Notes under the pieces: generated by a model
Seen by the model: the letters and a program-made list of their open reading frames with translations, nothing else
What the model was told of the DNA's origin: nothing
The model's database searches: none
Translations under genes and position numbers: made by a program
Shown here: in pieces, positions 51,020 through 64,000 of the stretch
Layout: each line of letters starts with the position of its first letter
How positions within the stretch are numbered: the stretch's first letter is position 1
Source of the DNA: Raillietiella orientalis
Lineage: Eukaryota
Assembly (NCBI GenBank): GCA_036172245.1
Contig: JAYWIR010000018.1
Span: 2,604,001-2,668,000, forward strand
DNA length: 64,000 nt
Direction: 5' to 3'

Positions 51020-54000
51020 CTAGATGTGCACGCGATGCAGGTCTTCGGATACCACGGCTGCTTGGCACCGAGGGCAGCTGAGCCCAGCAACCTGGAACAA
51101 AAGCAGGGAGTAAGAGAAGTGAAGGACGGCAGGGCTCTCGATCGTTTCGCAGAGGAACGAGAGGGGGAGGGGTCAACTAAGCAGAGGAAGGCAAAGAGGT
51201 CAACCACCTTGGTGCTCCCTCATTAGAGCGAAGATTTTTGTTTCTTTTGTGTACTTCGCGATTCTGTCCCCGGTAGCCCACGCTTCGAGGTTGATCGTGC
51301 GTTCCTGCTTCCGGTCCACCCCTTCACCTTCCCGGACCCGGAGCTACAAGAACTAAATCGAACGGGCGGCTCCTTCAAGACTATCCGGAAGGCTATCTAC
51401 CCCATTGGGGAAGCACTGTTTCCTTTGGCATAGTTCGGAGCCACCTGCCTGGGCAAGATCAGGTAGGTAGGTCGTCGTCGAGCAAGGTCACGGGAACGTC
51501 GGTCGACCGAGCGTCGCCGCCACCAGCCGGTGTCTCGGCAGAGAAGGCGCTTTTTCTGGTTCACCATCGCGACGGGTTAATTCTTGTCTAGTGCAGCAGC
51601 AGCGGAGGCACCCACCCAGAGGAATGGGCAACCTCTCTTAAGGTTCAGCCATCCTTTCCCCTCCTCTGGATCCGTTTCACTTTCCTTCCCGGTCCAGGAG
51701 TCGCTTCACAGGATTCTTTCACTCTTCGTGCTTCCATGACTTCCCCCTCCTGATGTTCTCCGAGGGGAAGGCGCCGGGGCGTGAGGGGACTCTCGTTTCA
51801 GCGACTATCTTGGGGACGCTTGTAGAATGCAAAGGATCTTCTCGGAACGCTGACCTCTGATTTTCTCTTAAGCCCTCAGGAACGCAAGGGGGGAGAGGGT
51901 GGACTTCTCGTTCTCTCTCGCCGACGAGGAGGACGTTCTTTGGAGGATACACGCTCGAGTGCCTCCGGCACGTCAGATCGTGCATGGAGGAGCTACAGGA
52001 AGAGTGGAGTAGGAAAGAAGAAAGGAGGACGAAGAGGAAGAGAGGGACAGCGTTTGCTACCTTCATCCGGCTGCTCCGCATCTCTTTAGCAAGCGACTCC
52101 CGCAGAAGGAGAGACGGCTATTCGGAGATCTCTAGGTTGGGGAGCTCTGCGCGGAGGATTGGTCGCGGTTGCCGCAACGGATGGAGTGACCTCCCTGCAA
52201 GGTCGCCAGCGTCGCGTCCCCCTTCCTGCTTCTTCTTGTTCTTCGTTTGATTTTCCAAGTACTCAAGAACCATTGTTTCGCCTCACAGAGGGAAGGGGCA
52301 ACCCCGATAGGGGATAAGAAGGGGGAGAATTGGCCTTGTGGAGACCTCAATGGCCCTCTTCCACGGCCACGCAGCCGAGGTGCACGTGGAGCTAAGGCGA
52401 GACCGCAGACGGAGTCCGACCTTTGCCTCCTGGCACGCACCGCAAAGTGCCCACTCCTAGTTTCCGGCCGCCAGGCACCCGGTGTGGCCACGCTCCTCCT
52501 CCTCTTTGTTCACAGGGCGGAAAGAAAGGCTGGCTGTGCCGGAGCCGACCGCCAGATGCGCGGCGGCACCCCTGGACGATGAACGGAGTGACGTTCCATC
52601 TTTCCACCGCGTCCCCAGCCACGCCTCCCCACCCTCTCTTCCTCCCCTCCTTTTCAGCAGCCCACTTCTTCGGAGAGTTCAGCTCGCCAGGAACTTCCGG
52701 GTTCCGATCGGGAATTACCCCACCGGTTCTGCTCATTCCTGCAAGCGGAGGTTCGCGATTTCCGCGAACCGCGCTCTTCCTCGCGCCGGACCGGCAGCCT
52801 CTGTGCGACTCGGCGCTCTCCGTGGCGAACGCCGGCCACGGCTGCAGCAGCCCCGCGGAAGACCCGGCTACCCCATGAGGCACTCTACGGGGCGGGATCG
52901 GTTCGCATTTCTTTCCGGGAGAGTCCCCCCTTCCTTCCTTTCTCTTTTACTTTTGCGGAAAGGGGGAGATGAGACACCTGCCCTCCCCCGAGCGCTCCCT
53001 GCCGGACCTCTAGCAAGGACGCCGCGGCTTCTGAGTGATGTCATGGACGAGAGGCGAACCCTCCGGCCGGCAGGAGGCTGCGCGTGGTGGACGAAGCTAA
53101 GGACGAGCTCCTTCGCTGAGATTGCTGTGCCCTCGGTTCTCCCGCCATCCCGCAGCAGACCAGAGTGCGACCTCGCTGACCACCGAAGTGGTGTGGTTCG
53201 TCCGCTGCAAAGGAAAGCTGTTGCCGGCTCCAGCGCGTCTCTGGGACGTTGCCTCGGGTCTTCTCCCGAGGTCACCCTCCACCAGGTGGTTCCGAGCCGC
53301 AGCAACCCCAACAAGGTGCCCTCCTCCTCGACCCACCCGCCATCCCTCCCACCCTCACTCCCATCGCCATCTTACCGAGCGGTGGAGCCAGCAGGCCTCG
53401 CAAAACACGTGCCAGCAGACCACGGAGACGAGGGCACGCTGGGAGGACTCCCTGCAGAAGGGGCACCTCCAGGAGGGAGGGTCGTGATCGCCAATGCGGG
53501 CTCCGGGCGTCCGTGCCGGGATGGAAGGTTGGGGAGACTCGGCAGACGCCAGGTCGCCCTCGTAGACGGGAGTCCGGGTTGTGTCCGGGCTGCACGCGCT
53601 CTTCCTGGAGGAGGAAGGGGAGAGGGGAGGGGGGGAAGATGAACAGGGCTCTCTGGGGACCGGACCCACCTCTTGCCGTCGCTGCATCCGTCCAGGTGGC
53701 GTCGGGCTGCTACCGCACTGGCGTCCTTGTCTCCCGGGCAACCCGCAGCCGCCGTGCAGTCCGCCGCGGCGGAGGTCGCTGCTGCCACTCCCGGGAGAGG
53801 CCTTCCTGGAGGGGAGGAGGGCATGCGTGAGGTGGCATCCGGGACCTTAAGGGGAGGGAAGGCTCCCGGCGTCCCACCCGCCTGCGCCGGGAGGCCAAGG
53901 GAGAGGGGCGGCTCACTTACGCAGCTTCGGCCACCGGGAAGAAGCGTCAGTCCTGTCGCGGGCGGCTCCATCGCCCCCGGGGGGGTCGACGCCCTCGAAG

Positions 54001-57000
54001 CAGCCCTGGAAGGGGCGCGACGGTCGCGTGTCGCCGCTGCCAAGGTGGGGTTGCCGGTAGAGAACGCCCGGAGTCGCCGATGTCTGGACACCCGCTGCAG
54101 GGAGCTCTCCTGAGCCGTGCGGTGAGTCGGGAGTCGGAAGGGGGTCTCCGGAGGGCCCCCGGCGGGCGTCCGCGGCCTCCACCCGCGACTTCATCCGCAG
54201 ACGGTTGTTCCTGTTCTTCCTGATCCTCTGGTACGTCTAAGGGGAGAAGCGTAGGGAGAGAAGGCCCGGCGAGTGAGAGAGGGCGGGGAGGGGGGGGGGG
54301 TACAATAGAGCTTGTCCCTCCCTTCTTAACCAGGGAGCTTCTTTCCCCACGGAAGGTCCCCCCATCTGCGTACCTCCCACCTAGCGTCGCTGGCCGTGTC
54401 GGCGGAGTCCCTGGACGGGGCTGCCGACGGCTGCGGCGGCGGCTCGACGGGGTCTGCGCAGGAGCGCAGGCAGCCTAGGCGCGCGATCTCCTTGTCGAGG
54501 TGCTCCTGCGCGTCCTTCAGGTCCAGCAGCTGCGCGCCACAGATGGGGCAGCGCGCGGGGTCGTCGCCGCCGCCGTCAGTGGTCGCCTCCTCGTCCTCCT
54601 CCTCGTCCCCGTCATCTCCCTCGTCGTCATCTTCGTCGTCGTCGTCGTCCTCCTCCTCCTCGCCCTTCCTCCGCCGCTTCTTCCTTCGCTTGTCTCCTGG
54701 AGGAACAAGGGGTCGGTGAGGCGAGCTCTCCCTGCCGCCCTTCCCGATCACGCGCGCACCCAAGAGGGGCCGTCGCCGATCCACCAAGAAAGAGGAAAAT
54801 CCTCGTCGAGCCGGCGGCGTTGCCGTTGGCGACGGCCAGGGATGCCGCTCCCCTCCTCCCTCGAGAACGGGGGCGGAACAGCCAGCCCTAAAGAGAGGGC
54901 GCCTCGCCGGGAGGAGAACTCCCTTTCTGCATCCCGCTGACGACGGCTGCAGAACCCGCGACCTATCCCGAGAGAAATGCGACCAGCGCGCCGTTGCCTG
55001 GAAACCAAAAAGGGAGAGGGGATAGAGAAAGAAAGACGTCTTGCGGACAGGAACGAGACGCGACTACCACGCGCCCCTTATCTCCAACGAGGCCCCTGCA
55101 GCCACCCGGAGAGTGCCGTCACGAGTCGACGGGAAAACGGAGGAAAGGAGAGAGCCGAAAGAAAGCGTTTCCACCTCTTCCCCTGCCCCTTCTCCGAGGT
55201 CCATCGTCCTCTCGAGGAAAGCTCTCAGTCGAGTACACCCGAAAAAACGGCGGCCTTGTCTAGGTCCTCCCCGGGTAGCCGACCCCAGGGAGCCCCCTCG
55301 CGAGCGCCTCCTTCCGAGAGAAGGATTCAGGAGGGGGAGTGGAAGGAAATGGCAACCCTGTTTCAAGGAGAGCAGCCTCGAGGGCACCAGATGGGGGAAG
55401 AGGCCTCGCGTGTGAAGGGGAGCGGCAAATCCCCTCTCCACTCGACGGGGGAAGGGTAGTGGTGGAGGGAGGTGACAACCCTGCTTCACAGAGGGCGGTC
55501 GCGAGGCGCTAGGCGGGGGACGCGACCCCGCGTCTGGAGGAGAGCGGCAAATCCACACGTCAGTCGAGGCAATCCCGCGTTAACTAGACTAAATCCCTGC
55601 TCATCAACACGGGATGAATTGTAATCTGCCTGTTACGCCAAACTCTCCCTCCCTGCTGCATCCCTAATAAGGTGTGAAATTCCTTTCATCTTTATTGCAG
55701 AATCTTCAGTGAGAAATGGCTTTCCGCTTTACGTCCCCGAGGATCAGCAGAAGCGCATCAGATGAAATTATTGGAAGCTCCTTATCTTCTCGCGCTACAC
55801 GAGGGAGGGCTGCCAGAGGATGCGGTGGTTTGGAATTCGATCCAGCCAATCTGCAAGCTGCTCTGATTCAATCTACGCTGTACCCGGCTTCGGGGACCCT
55901 CTCGGTTGCCGCTTTTATTTATTGGGACCGGAGACGGATCAAAGCGACAGGGACCGCTGCTGTCGAACGTCATCCGGGATGCCGGAGCGAGCCGCTTCCA
56001 TCGGTTCTCTCGGGGAAAATTCCGGTCCCTGGTCCCTCCCGCCGCAGCCTCCGGGGAGAGGGGGTCCAGCATTCAAACGGAGGCAACGGCTCTCTGCGCT
56101 CCCGAAGTGATCGGTTCGGAAGTGTCTTCTTTGGCGGCTCTTCCGTTGGGCTGCAAGCCTCCTGGCTCTCCGCCCTCGACCCCTTCAGCGGGATGCCGAG
56201 GTCGCTGTCGCTGGGGCAACCGCTGTCCGCGACGCGCTCGGCCACATCCGCAGAGCCCTCCCGCTGCCCGCCTCCGGCGGCGGTCTTAAGGAGCGATGAG
56301 GACACGTCTCTGCGGATGCCGAGAGTGGCCGCGGAAGAGAGAGCTTTGAGCTCGGACTCGCAAGGAGACGACCGGCGGCGGGACAAAACGCGCAACATTG
56401 GACCCGCATGGATCAGCAGTTGCCGGCGTAGGGGGTGGGAGAGGCGAGAGCGGCCTTTTAGGAGACCGTGCCGTTCGGGAAAGGACCTATCTCCCCCTCC
56501 CCCATTTTCCGCGCGGTCCCTGAACGCGCCGGAGAGGCTTTTCTCGACGAGGGGCTCCTGCCTTGGAAAGGCTCTCTTCCCTGACGGTGTTCGCATCTCC
56601 ATGCGGTGGGGCGTCCCCGACGATGTCCCCGGGAACTGGGAAGCTCCCGCAAGCGCACGCACGCACCCAAGAGCCGTGGTTGTCGTAAGCGCGCGAGGGA
56701 GGGGTAAAGGCGAGTGCGCAGCGCTCACTCGCTCGCGGCCAAGGCAACGGACGCGCTTTCCCCCCACGCGCGAAAGAGCTGCGCGTTCCCATTGGCCGTG
56801 GCGTTCTCTGGAGTGCATCCTCTCCCCCCCCCGTACCGTTTCCGGCGCAGCGTAGCAGCGAAAACTGCGCTGTATTTTTCTTCAGAAACAAAAACAAATG
56901 CAGACTTTTTCAAAAGCAAAACTTGCATTCTCGTGTTAAAAATACCTTATTTTACTTTAAAATTACTTTCTTTATATTTTGTAAGGAAATTTCATTTTGT

Positions 57001-60000
57001 GCAGCTCAATATTTGAAAAAAGGAGAGCGCCCTCGCATGTCATGAGGTGCATCCGGTGAGGCTGACGGGAGGGAAACTGCGACAGTAGCGCCCGGCGTTC
57101 TTCCTCTGCCGCGTTTCCTCCACGCTTTGGGGTCGGGAAACGCATTTTTTGTGTTTTTTTGTTTTTGTTTTGCCTGCTGCGTGACGGCTGCGCGGCCTGG
57201 TACGGGGGAGATCGCCCTCCTCCGCCAGCGCGTGGACCATCGTAAGGCCTCCCCGACAGAGACGATCCCGCAAGCACGCCGCAGGCTGATTTGGAGGATT
57301 CGTGGTCACGACCCGGGAGCACTCGCGGCGATAAACCCCACAATGGTTACGTGCCACCCCCAGGCCTTCCCGAGGGAGAGAGGTGTGGCCTCCGCTTTCG
57401 CGAGCCACAGCTCGTCCGGGCGCGCCTTTTCGCTTAGCTGGGAGAGGAGCGGGCAGCCTGATCATCGCCCCTCTCCCACCCCCTTCCTCGAGGGATGAGT
57501 CGGAGAAGCTGCGCAACCGGGTTACCCTGGTTACGCAGAGGCGGTAGTGCCCGCTCTAAGCAACATCAGCCCTCGAGAAGAGCGGCAGAAAGAAGCGGTG
57601 TGGCGAAGAGGCTCGCGTGGGGTCTCTGCGGGTCCACCCTCTGAGCAAAGAGGGGGCGCGCCACTCGGACCACCTCAGGAGCAGCTCCCTGATGCGCGAT
57701 CTTTCCGAGAAGGCGGCGCTCGAGGATGTGGGGGAGAGGAACACGCGGGCGCACGGCTGCGGTCCTCGCCTCCGGGCGGAGACGCGCCGCCGGTTGCCCG
57801 GGAAACCTCCGAGCCCCTCCTGGCCGTCCTCGGAGCCTCCAGAAAGGCCCGGTAGAGACTTCTGCCTCGAGGCGGGCGGGGAGCTGCCGCGAGGACTGTC
57901 AGCCTCCGTAAGCTGGCTCCGAAGACTTCTGCACTTTGATCTTGGCCGAAAGGCGAAGATGGGAAGCTCCCTTGCCCGAGGCGATTCGATGCGAGCGCCG
58001 CTATCTCTCGGGGTGTACCTGGTGATGCAGAGGTGCGGGATCACGGGGAAGGAAGAGGGGGAAGGGGGTACGAGTCGACTGCTCTCGGAGGACGCGCTGC
58101 CAGGGGCCACAGCGCCACTGTGGCTCGCGTCTGAAGCGCGCGCGGAAAGCGAGAAAGTGAGGGTGGGAGAAGGACGCGAGGGGTGCCTTCTAAGGACGTA
58201 CCGAGGTGCTTCCGTCCTCGGGTCCGAGCGGGGGAGAGAGGAAGCGAAGCGGCAGCGCACTCGAAGCGCACAGGGCAGCAGAGCGGAAGGGCAGAGGAGG
58301 GGCCACGACCCGTGGAGCCGCTCCCGATGCCGCCACTTTGAGTCTGCCGTGGCCCCAAGGGCGAGCGGCCCGAACTGAGGGAGAGACGGGAGATGCACGG
58401 CATGCTGTTTTTTCCGTTTTTTTTCTTCTTTCTGCCTTCTTGGAGCTGATGGAGGCTGCCCGGTCGGAAAGGAGCGGCAATGTCCCTTCAGGATGGAAGG
58501 GGAGGATGAGCGTCTGCCCCCGAGAGGTGTCGTCGTGGGACACCGAGGGCTGGGAAGGGTCCTCGCAAAGGGCGGCGCGAACGCCCAGATAACCTTCCGG
58601 CGCCGTAGTGAATGGCGCCACAACGAGAGCGGAAAGGAGAGAGAGTTGGAGGGAGGGGGGCAGCGCGCCCGGTGGCGGGGGCGGGGGGGTCCATCTCTCC
58701 GAGCGATCACAGAGCCGGCGGCGCGGAGAACAAACGAGAGGACCTCGCGCAGAAGATCGCCTCGACCGCTGCCGGCAATTTGACGGCGACCGCCCTAACA
58801 AATAGGGCGATCGTCCCCGTGGGGAGCGTTTGCTGGGTAAACACGCGGGCGGCGGCGGAACTGCGCGCGCGCGGCCGCTTTGTGACCCCGGAGGGGACGA
58901 GGAGGGGGAGGAGGAGGGGCGAGGGACGGGGATAGAGGGTCGCAGCGGTGCGCGCGTGGGGGCGACGCGCCGCCTCTCCCCTCCAGGGCGAGGGACCGGC
59001 GGCAGCGCGAGACAGCGTGGCGCTTTGTCCTCTCCCCGTTCTCAGCTCCCGGCTTGGGGCTTCCGCTGAATGGGCCTCCCATTCAGCGAACCGAGGGACT
59101 CTGTCTGTCCTTCCTGCGCCGCCCAACTTAACACCCAATTAGGCGTGACCTGACGAGAGCGAGCGCGCTCCGGGAGCCCGGGGCTAACGTAACCTCTGCT
59201 GGCCTCGCGACTCGCTAGGGCGGCGGCCGGAGGGGTCGCCCTAGAGAAGGGAGGACGAGCGGCGGAGGCAGCTCCCGCAAGGAAGAGCGCCGCGCCCCTC
59301 TTCCATCCGTCTCTGCTCTGCCCCATCCCCCATGCACCCTCTCTCCCTTTTTTTCCTTCAACCCTTTTTTTATTCGTTTTTTTTTTGGTTTTCCAGCGCT
59401 ACTCGGAGCGCTTCCGCCGGCCGCCGATGAAGCTCTCGGTAAGAGCGGCATCCGCGGGCGCAGCGGAAGGACGGGGTGTCCCTGTGCACACGCCGTTACC
59501 CCTCGGGGGAAAACATGTCCCCATCCCCTCCTGCCGGCTGTTTCTCCGGGTCTCGTGCTCCAATACCCGGAGGAAGGAACGGTGGCAGCAGCCGCAGAGA
59601 GTGAACGTTCCGTCGCCAGGAGCGCTACCGTCGCTCCTTTGGAATTGAGCTGTTCGCCCTTACTAAGTCGGCGTCGGTTTCGGGAAGAGGAGGAAGCGGG
59701 GGGGTGGGGGGGAGAAAAAGAAGGGCAGAGCGAGAGGCCCCGCCGAACAGGTGATCTGGCAGAACGCCTGCGATGTTTGCGAAGGGTGCGAATCCCCCAC
59801 ACCCCTCCGCCCTTATTCAATGAGCCATTTTATGGCGTCCCGGCTCATAAATCGGGCCGCCGCCGGCTCCGAGTTCCATTCAGGTGGGTCCCACCATCCG
59901 GAGGATCGGGGATGGGGGGAGGAGAGAGGGAGGAGGAGGCTGGCCGCACGCCCCTCGGGCGGTCGAAGACGCGCAAACGCAGGGGATGCTGAGAGGAGCG

Positions 60001-63000
60001 GCTGGTGTCCTCCGCCACCGCGCTTCCTCCTTCCATCCACCCCACCTCCCTTCCGCAGGTTCTGCCCCCCAGTAGTGAAGCGGCTCGTAGAGAGGACCTC
60101 GTTCCCAGGTGTTGCCCTCGGAGAGGCTCCCAGGCCGTGAGCCGCTCCGAGGTGCAGCAGGGCAAGGAGGAGACCTACACGCGCGCGCTCGAGCAGCGAG
60201 AGGAGGAGGGGGAGGAGCGGAGTCTGGACCTCACCCAGAAGACGAGGCGGGATGCCTTTCGCGGGCGAACGGCGAGGGAGGCGATCGAGCCGAGCCCCGC
60301 CTCCGAAGGGGACCGGCGCTCCCCACGCTTCGCGTGCTTGCCAAGGGCCCGAGTTTCTCCTCACGACCCTCCCGGCGGAGGGAACGAGCCCTGGTAGGCC
60401 CGTAGCAGAGGTCCAGCCGCCGCCTTCGCCCGCGGTTCTCGGAGGGGAGCTCGCGGGTGCTTCCTTGCCCTCCTTCACTTCCTCAAGATACCCTCTCGAA
60501 GAGGACCACCGCCGGCTGCTCCAGAGATGCTTGCTGCCACCACCCCTCCTTCTTCCGCAGAGGTCCCTTAACGGCATCAAGAAGGCGAGGCGGGAAGGGC
60601 GGGACCCTTCGCTGCCCGCATTCCTTCACTCCAGGACTGCTTTGGAGGGTCAATGGCGGCCGCCGGGGAGCACTTCCGGCGACTGAGGGGAGTCCCGGTA
60701 GGACTCCCGGAGGAATTTTCTGTTCTCTTCCCATAGGGAAGGGAAAGAAGAGAAGGAGAAGGAATGACTCCTTCCCCCTCTCCCTACTTCCACCCCACGC
60801 CCACCTCATTCCCTCCTCCCATTACCTGAGTTCTCTCCGGACCCGCGCGAGTCCGTCTTGTCGGAAGACTCTTCCCGGACGCGCTCCGGTGACGTCACGC
60901 TGTCCGGGGAATGGCGCTTGTCTGCGTCGCTCCTCCCGTAGGCGGGCACGAAGTAGGGGTTGAGGGAGCTGCCGTTCCTCGCCACGTGGAGAGGCACGTG
61001 GGATGCGCAGCAACCGCCGTCCGCCTCCGGGCACAGCGGGAACTCCCGTTTCCCGGGAACCACCTTGCCCTGCTGGAGGAACAGCGAAGGGAAGGCCTTG
61101 AAGGCCCTGCCTTCCTCCAGGGCGGCCGCCGCGGCCGCAGCAGCTGCAGCGGCCGCCGCGGCTGCGGACGGCGGGAAAGATCCTCCGATGAAGGAGAACC
61201 GGGAGTCGATACCCCCGGCGAAGAAAGGGTGGTGCCTCATCAGGGGGTTGGCGAAGTGGATGTACTCCTCCAGGGGTCGCAGCCGGAAGGCATGGTTCGA
61301 AGAGGCCAAGTCCTTCATGTCGGTGGCGGCGGCAGGCTGGCGTGAAGGGGCAGGGTTGAGGGCGCGCGAGAAGGAAAGAGGGGAGGAGGGTGGGCAGGCA
61401 GCGGTCGTCGGTCAGTCGGTCCCGGTAGTTCCCTTCCCCCACGCCACTCTGTCCGCCGGCGCGCGTCTGGATAGCTCCCGCACTTTCAAGGGGAGGGAAA
61501 GGGCCGGAAGCCCCTAGCATTAGAAGGCTGGGAACTCGAGCACCTCCGTAGGACGCGAGAGAGTTCGAGGGCGTGCCGGAATGCCTTATCCGCTTCGTCC
61601 CTGACTACGGCGCTCTGAACGGGAGGAGGGGACTTTTGTGATCTAAGAAGTCCTTCAAGAAACTCTTCCAAGCCCCCCCCCCTCCCTTGAACTCTGCCCC
61701 ATGCTGGAAACCCCTTCATCTTCTTGCAGCGAGAGCTGGAGATCCGATTCCTCCAAGAGACTGGTCCACTTCCTTGCTTCGAGCGGATGCTCCTGGACCG
61801 AGAGACCGCGGTTGCTACGCTCCGGTACAAACGCCCCCCACAGATCCCTGCACTCGAGGCGGACTCTGTTGAGCGTCGAGCAAACCCTCGTTCCCCGCCC
61901 CACCCCTAGGCTTCGCTCCGGAAAAGCATCCATCATGGATTCGTCATCCCGACTGCCTTGAGCCATTTCCCACTCCTGCCGCGGCGCTTGCGGATTTTCC
62001 ACCTGCCTCTCACCTTCGTGCTTTTATCTTCACCGCGAAGGGCGTCCGTGACCTCGTCACCGGACGCGTTGCTGGGATGCCACACGAAGCAAAAAAAAAA
62101 AAAACATCTCAGGCCCCCGCGGCAGGAAGCCGATTTCTTTTCCTCTCTTTCCGTCCTTAGACTCCGAGGAGTTTTTCTGGGAGCCGCTTCCGATTTGACA
62201 ATGCACCACAGTTTTCCCGTTTCGCGCCTTTCCATCGCGGGATCACTCCTTCCAAGCCTCCCCTCTTCCGTACCGCCCCCTTTCCCGTTTCCCCTGAAAA
62301 AGGCGGCAAGCCGCGACCTTCGCTCTCGAGCTAAAGCGCTCTCGCGCTCTCGGACGCCCTTTGCTTTCCCCTCTCCCCCTTACTCAGCAGGGTTGTCTTC
62401 AGGACGGGCTTTTAATAAATCCGCTTGCTAATTGTTGACCTGCCTCGACGTAATCGCTCATGCTTGATCCTCGGAGCCGCGAGCTTTCATTGTTGGAATC
62501 CATTGAGCTGCTAGCTCTCATTGTTGACATCCGTTGAGCCACGAACTGCGTTCATTGTTGGCACCGAGTTCTTTCGTGGCCTTTCAACGCCTATTTGCAA
62601 TGCCTCCGATGCCGTTACTTGTGCCGGTGAGGCGCCGGAGTTTGCGTTGATCTCTCCATTCTCTTGGAGCATGCCTTGGAACCCCTTGGAACGGAGGCAC
62701 TGAGGAAGGAGGCTGCTGACCCAGATGTAATCACCTCGTGATTACGGCAAGTCGTCAAGAAAAAGGTCCCGACTCCCGACTCTCTTTCCTCTGGCATTGG
62801 CAAACTCGCAGAAACAGGGATTGTGGCTAGGAGAGGAACGAGGATAGGACATGCAGGCGAACTTTCGACAGACTGGAAGGGTCGGGGTCGCAGCATAATG
62901 TCGCCACCAGTGCTAGAGAAGAGCAAGGCGCGTGCTGGCGCTCTGTGTTCCCACGGAAGGGGCGCTCGTTGACTCCGCTCGACTGCCCTCTTTCAAGAGA

Positions 63001-63725
63001 GCGGCTGGACCCGAGAACGATGGGCAGAGGAGGCGCCGGATATCGTGCCACCGACCTTCCCGCTACCTCTTCATCCACCCACGAGGACCGCGCAAACTGT
63101 TCTCCCCACTCCGAGCAGATCCATCAAGAGAAGGGTAAGAGGGGTCGGATACTACGGCACTAGCGTTACACTTCCATCTCGAGGAAGGGGAGGGGGAACG
63201 AGGGGAGTGAAGGAGGGAAAAGGGTGAGGTAGGGAAGAAACGGGAGGAGAAATCGCCTAGAGACGCAAAGGCCACTCCGTCCTGGGTCCCGCAAACGCTG
63301 CTATTTAGGAGCTCCCGGCCGCTCCTGTCCACTCCTCCCTCTCCCACCTTAAAAGACATGTCCTCTCGTCTGCTGGAGAAGAGCAGGAAGGTCCGAGGGA
63401 GGTTCGCAATTCAGCAACCAGGGATGGACACGAGTTAGGGAGGAGGGCGGCGACGGAACTTCCCCTCACGCCCATGCCGTTCCGCGACCCTCCCCTTTCC
63501 TTCGCTGCTGCGACTTGACCACCCTTCCGCCTCCGCACTCCCGCGCAACCTGTCTAAGCAAAGGATAGCGAGGGGAGGGGAGAGGGGGGAGGACGAACGA
63601 GCGCCTACCTGGGGGCCGCCGATGCGGCGCAGGCCGTCCTGCTCAGCGGACCCGGCGCCTCCGAACATGACGAGAGCCGGGGACGCCAGGGAAGTCGTCG
63701 GAAATCCGCCGCTGCTTCCGTTCAT
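51020..63725 (-). CDS. RNF220: RNF220-like RING E3 ubiquitin ligase; 7 exons, ~567 aa
   Basis: Exons 63725-63609, 61336-60826, 54696-54374, 54236-53921, 53805-53670, 53604-53376, 51091-51020. All introns are GT-AG, phases are consistent, total 1704 nt. N-terminal LASPALVM; CPICG..QEHLDKEI..L; RWE|TYQRIRKNR..RL; C-terminal RING CPFC..LVSVVCWHVFCEACWL..|..CPRCQ....DLHRVHI*. Confidence 0.88.
54585..54662 (-). repeat. GAG/GAC low-complexity repeat encoding a poly-Glu/Asp tract in RNF220-like exon 3
   Basis: EEEEDDDDDEDDDEGDDGDEEEDEE directly after the basic stretch KRRKKRRRK. Confidence 0.85.
61121..61165 (-). repeat. GCN repeat encoding poly-Ala in RNF220-like exon 2
   Basis: Run of ~15 Ala codons in ORF 60806-61318. 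Confidence 0.85.
62430..62950 (-). mobile_element. Possible RTE-like APE relic in RNF220 intron 1
   Basis: GEINANSG (GDFNA..G) and a downstream SDYV (IDY) in a lower-GC block. Confidence 0.3.
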
Positions 63726-64000
63726 GGCGGGACACCCCGGACGGATGGATGGACGTTGCTGCGCCCGGCCGCGTTCGACACAACACTCCGGCCGCGCCCC
63801 GAGAGAGCCGAGCATCCTCCCTTTGCTCCCAGCGCGCGGCGGGGCGCGGCGGGGCGGGGAAGAGAGATAAGAGGGGGGGAGGGGGAGCGGGAGAGGTGCA
63901 GAGAAGGGGAGGGGGCGGAAGAGGAAGTGCCGCTCCGCGACCACGCGGCAGCAGCCTCGTTGCCTCTCCGAGAGAGGGAGGGAGGGAGGGAGGTGCCGCG

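Overview
Eukaryotic genomic DNA, most likely invertebrate or arthropod-like judging by the gene families and very short introns. The prokaryote-style ORF track is mostly noise here. Two intact spliced host genes can be reconstructed by hand with GT-AG introns and consistent phases. The first is an 8-exon papain-family (C1A) cysteine protease of the 26/29-kDa-proteinase type at 472-2574 (+), in AT-rich DNA. The second is a 7-exon RNF220-like RING E3 ligase at 63725-51020 (-), in GC/CpG-rich DNA. The ~48 kb between them, and the large RNF220 introns, are mostly heavily decayed retroelements (L1/Tx1-like, RTE-like and Ty3/gypsy-like relics with no intact ORF) plus tRNA-derived SINE-like repeats. 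Most notable: a ~1.29 kb near-identical direct repeat inside diverged homologous flanks, multimeric tRNA(Gly)-like Pol III heads, an orphan tolloid/BMP1 fragment, a candidate small spliced orphan gene, and a hairpin/palindromic AT island. I found no convincing new multi-gene system. All family assignments come from motif recognition by eye, not database searches, and relic boundaries are approximate.
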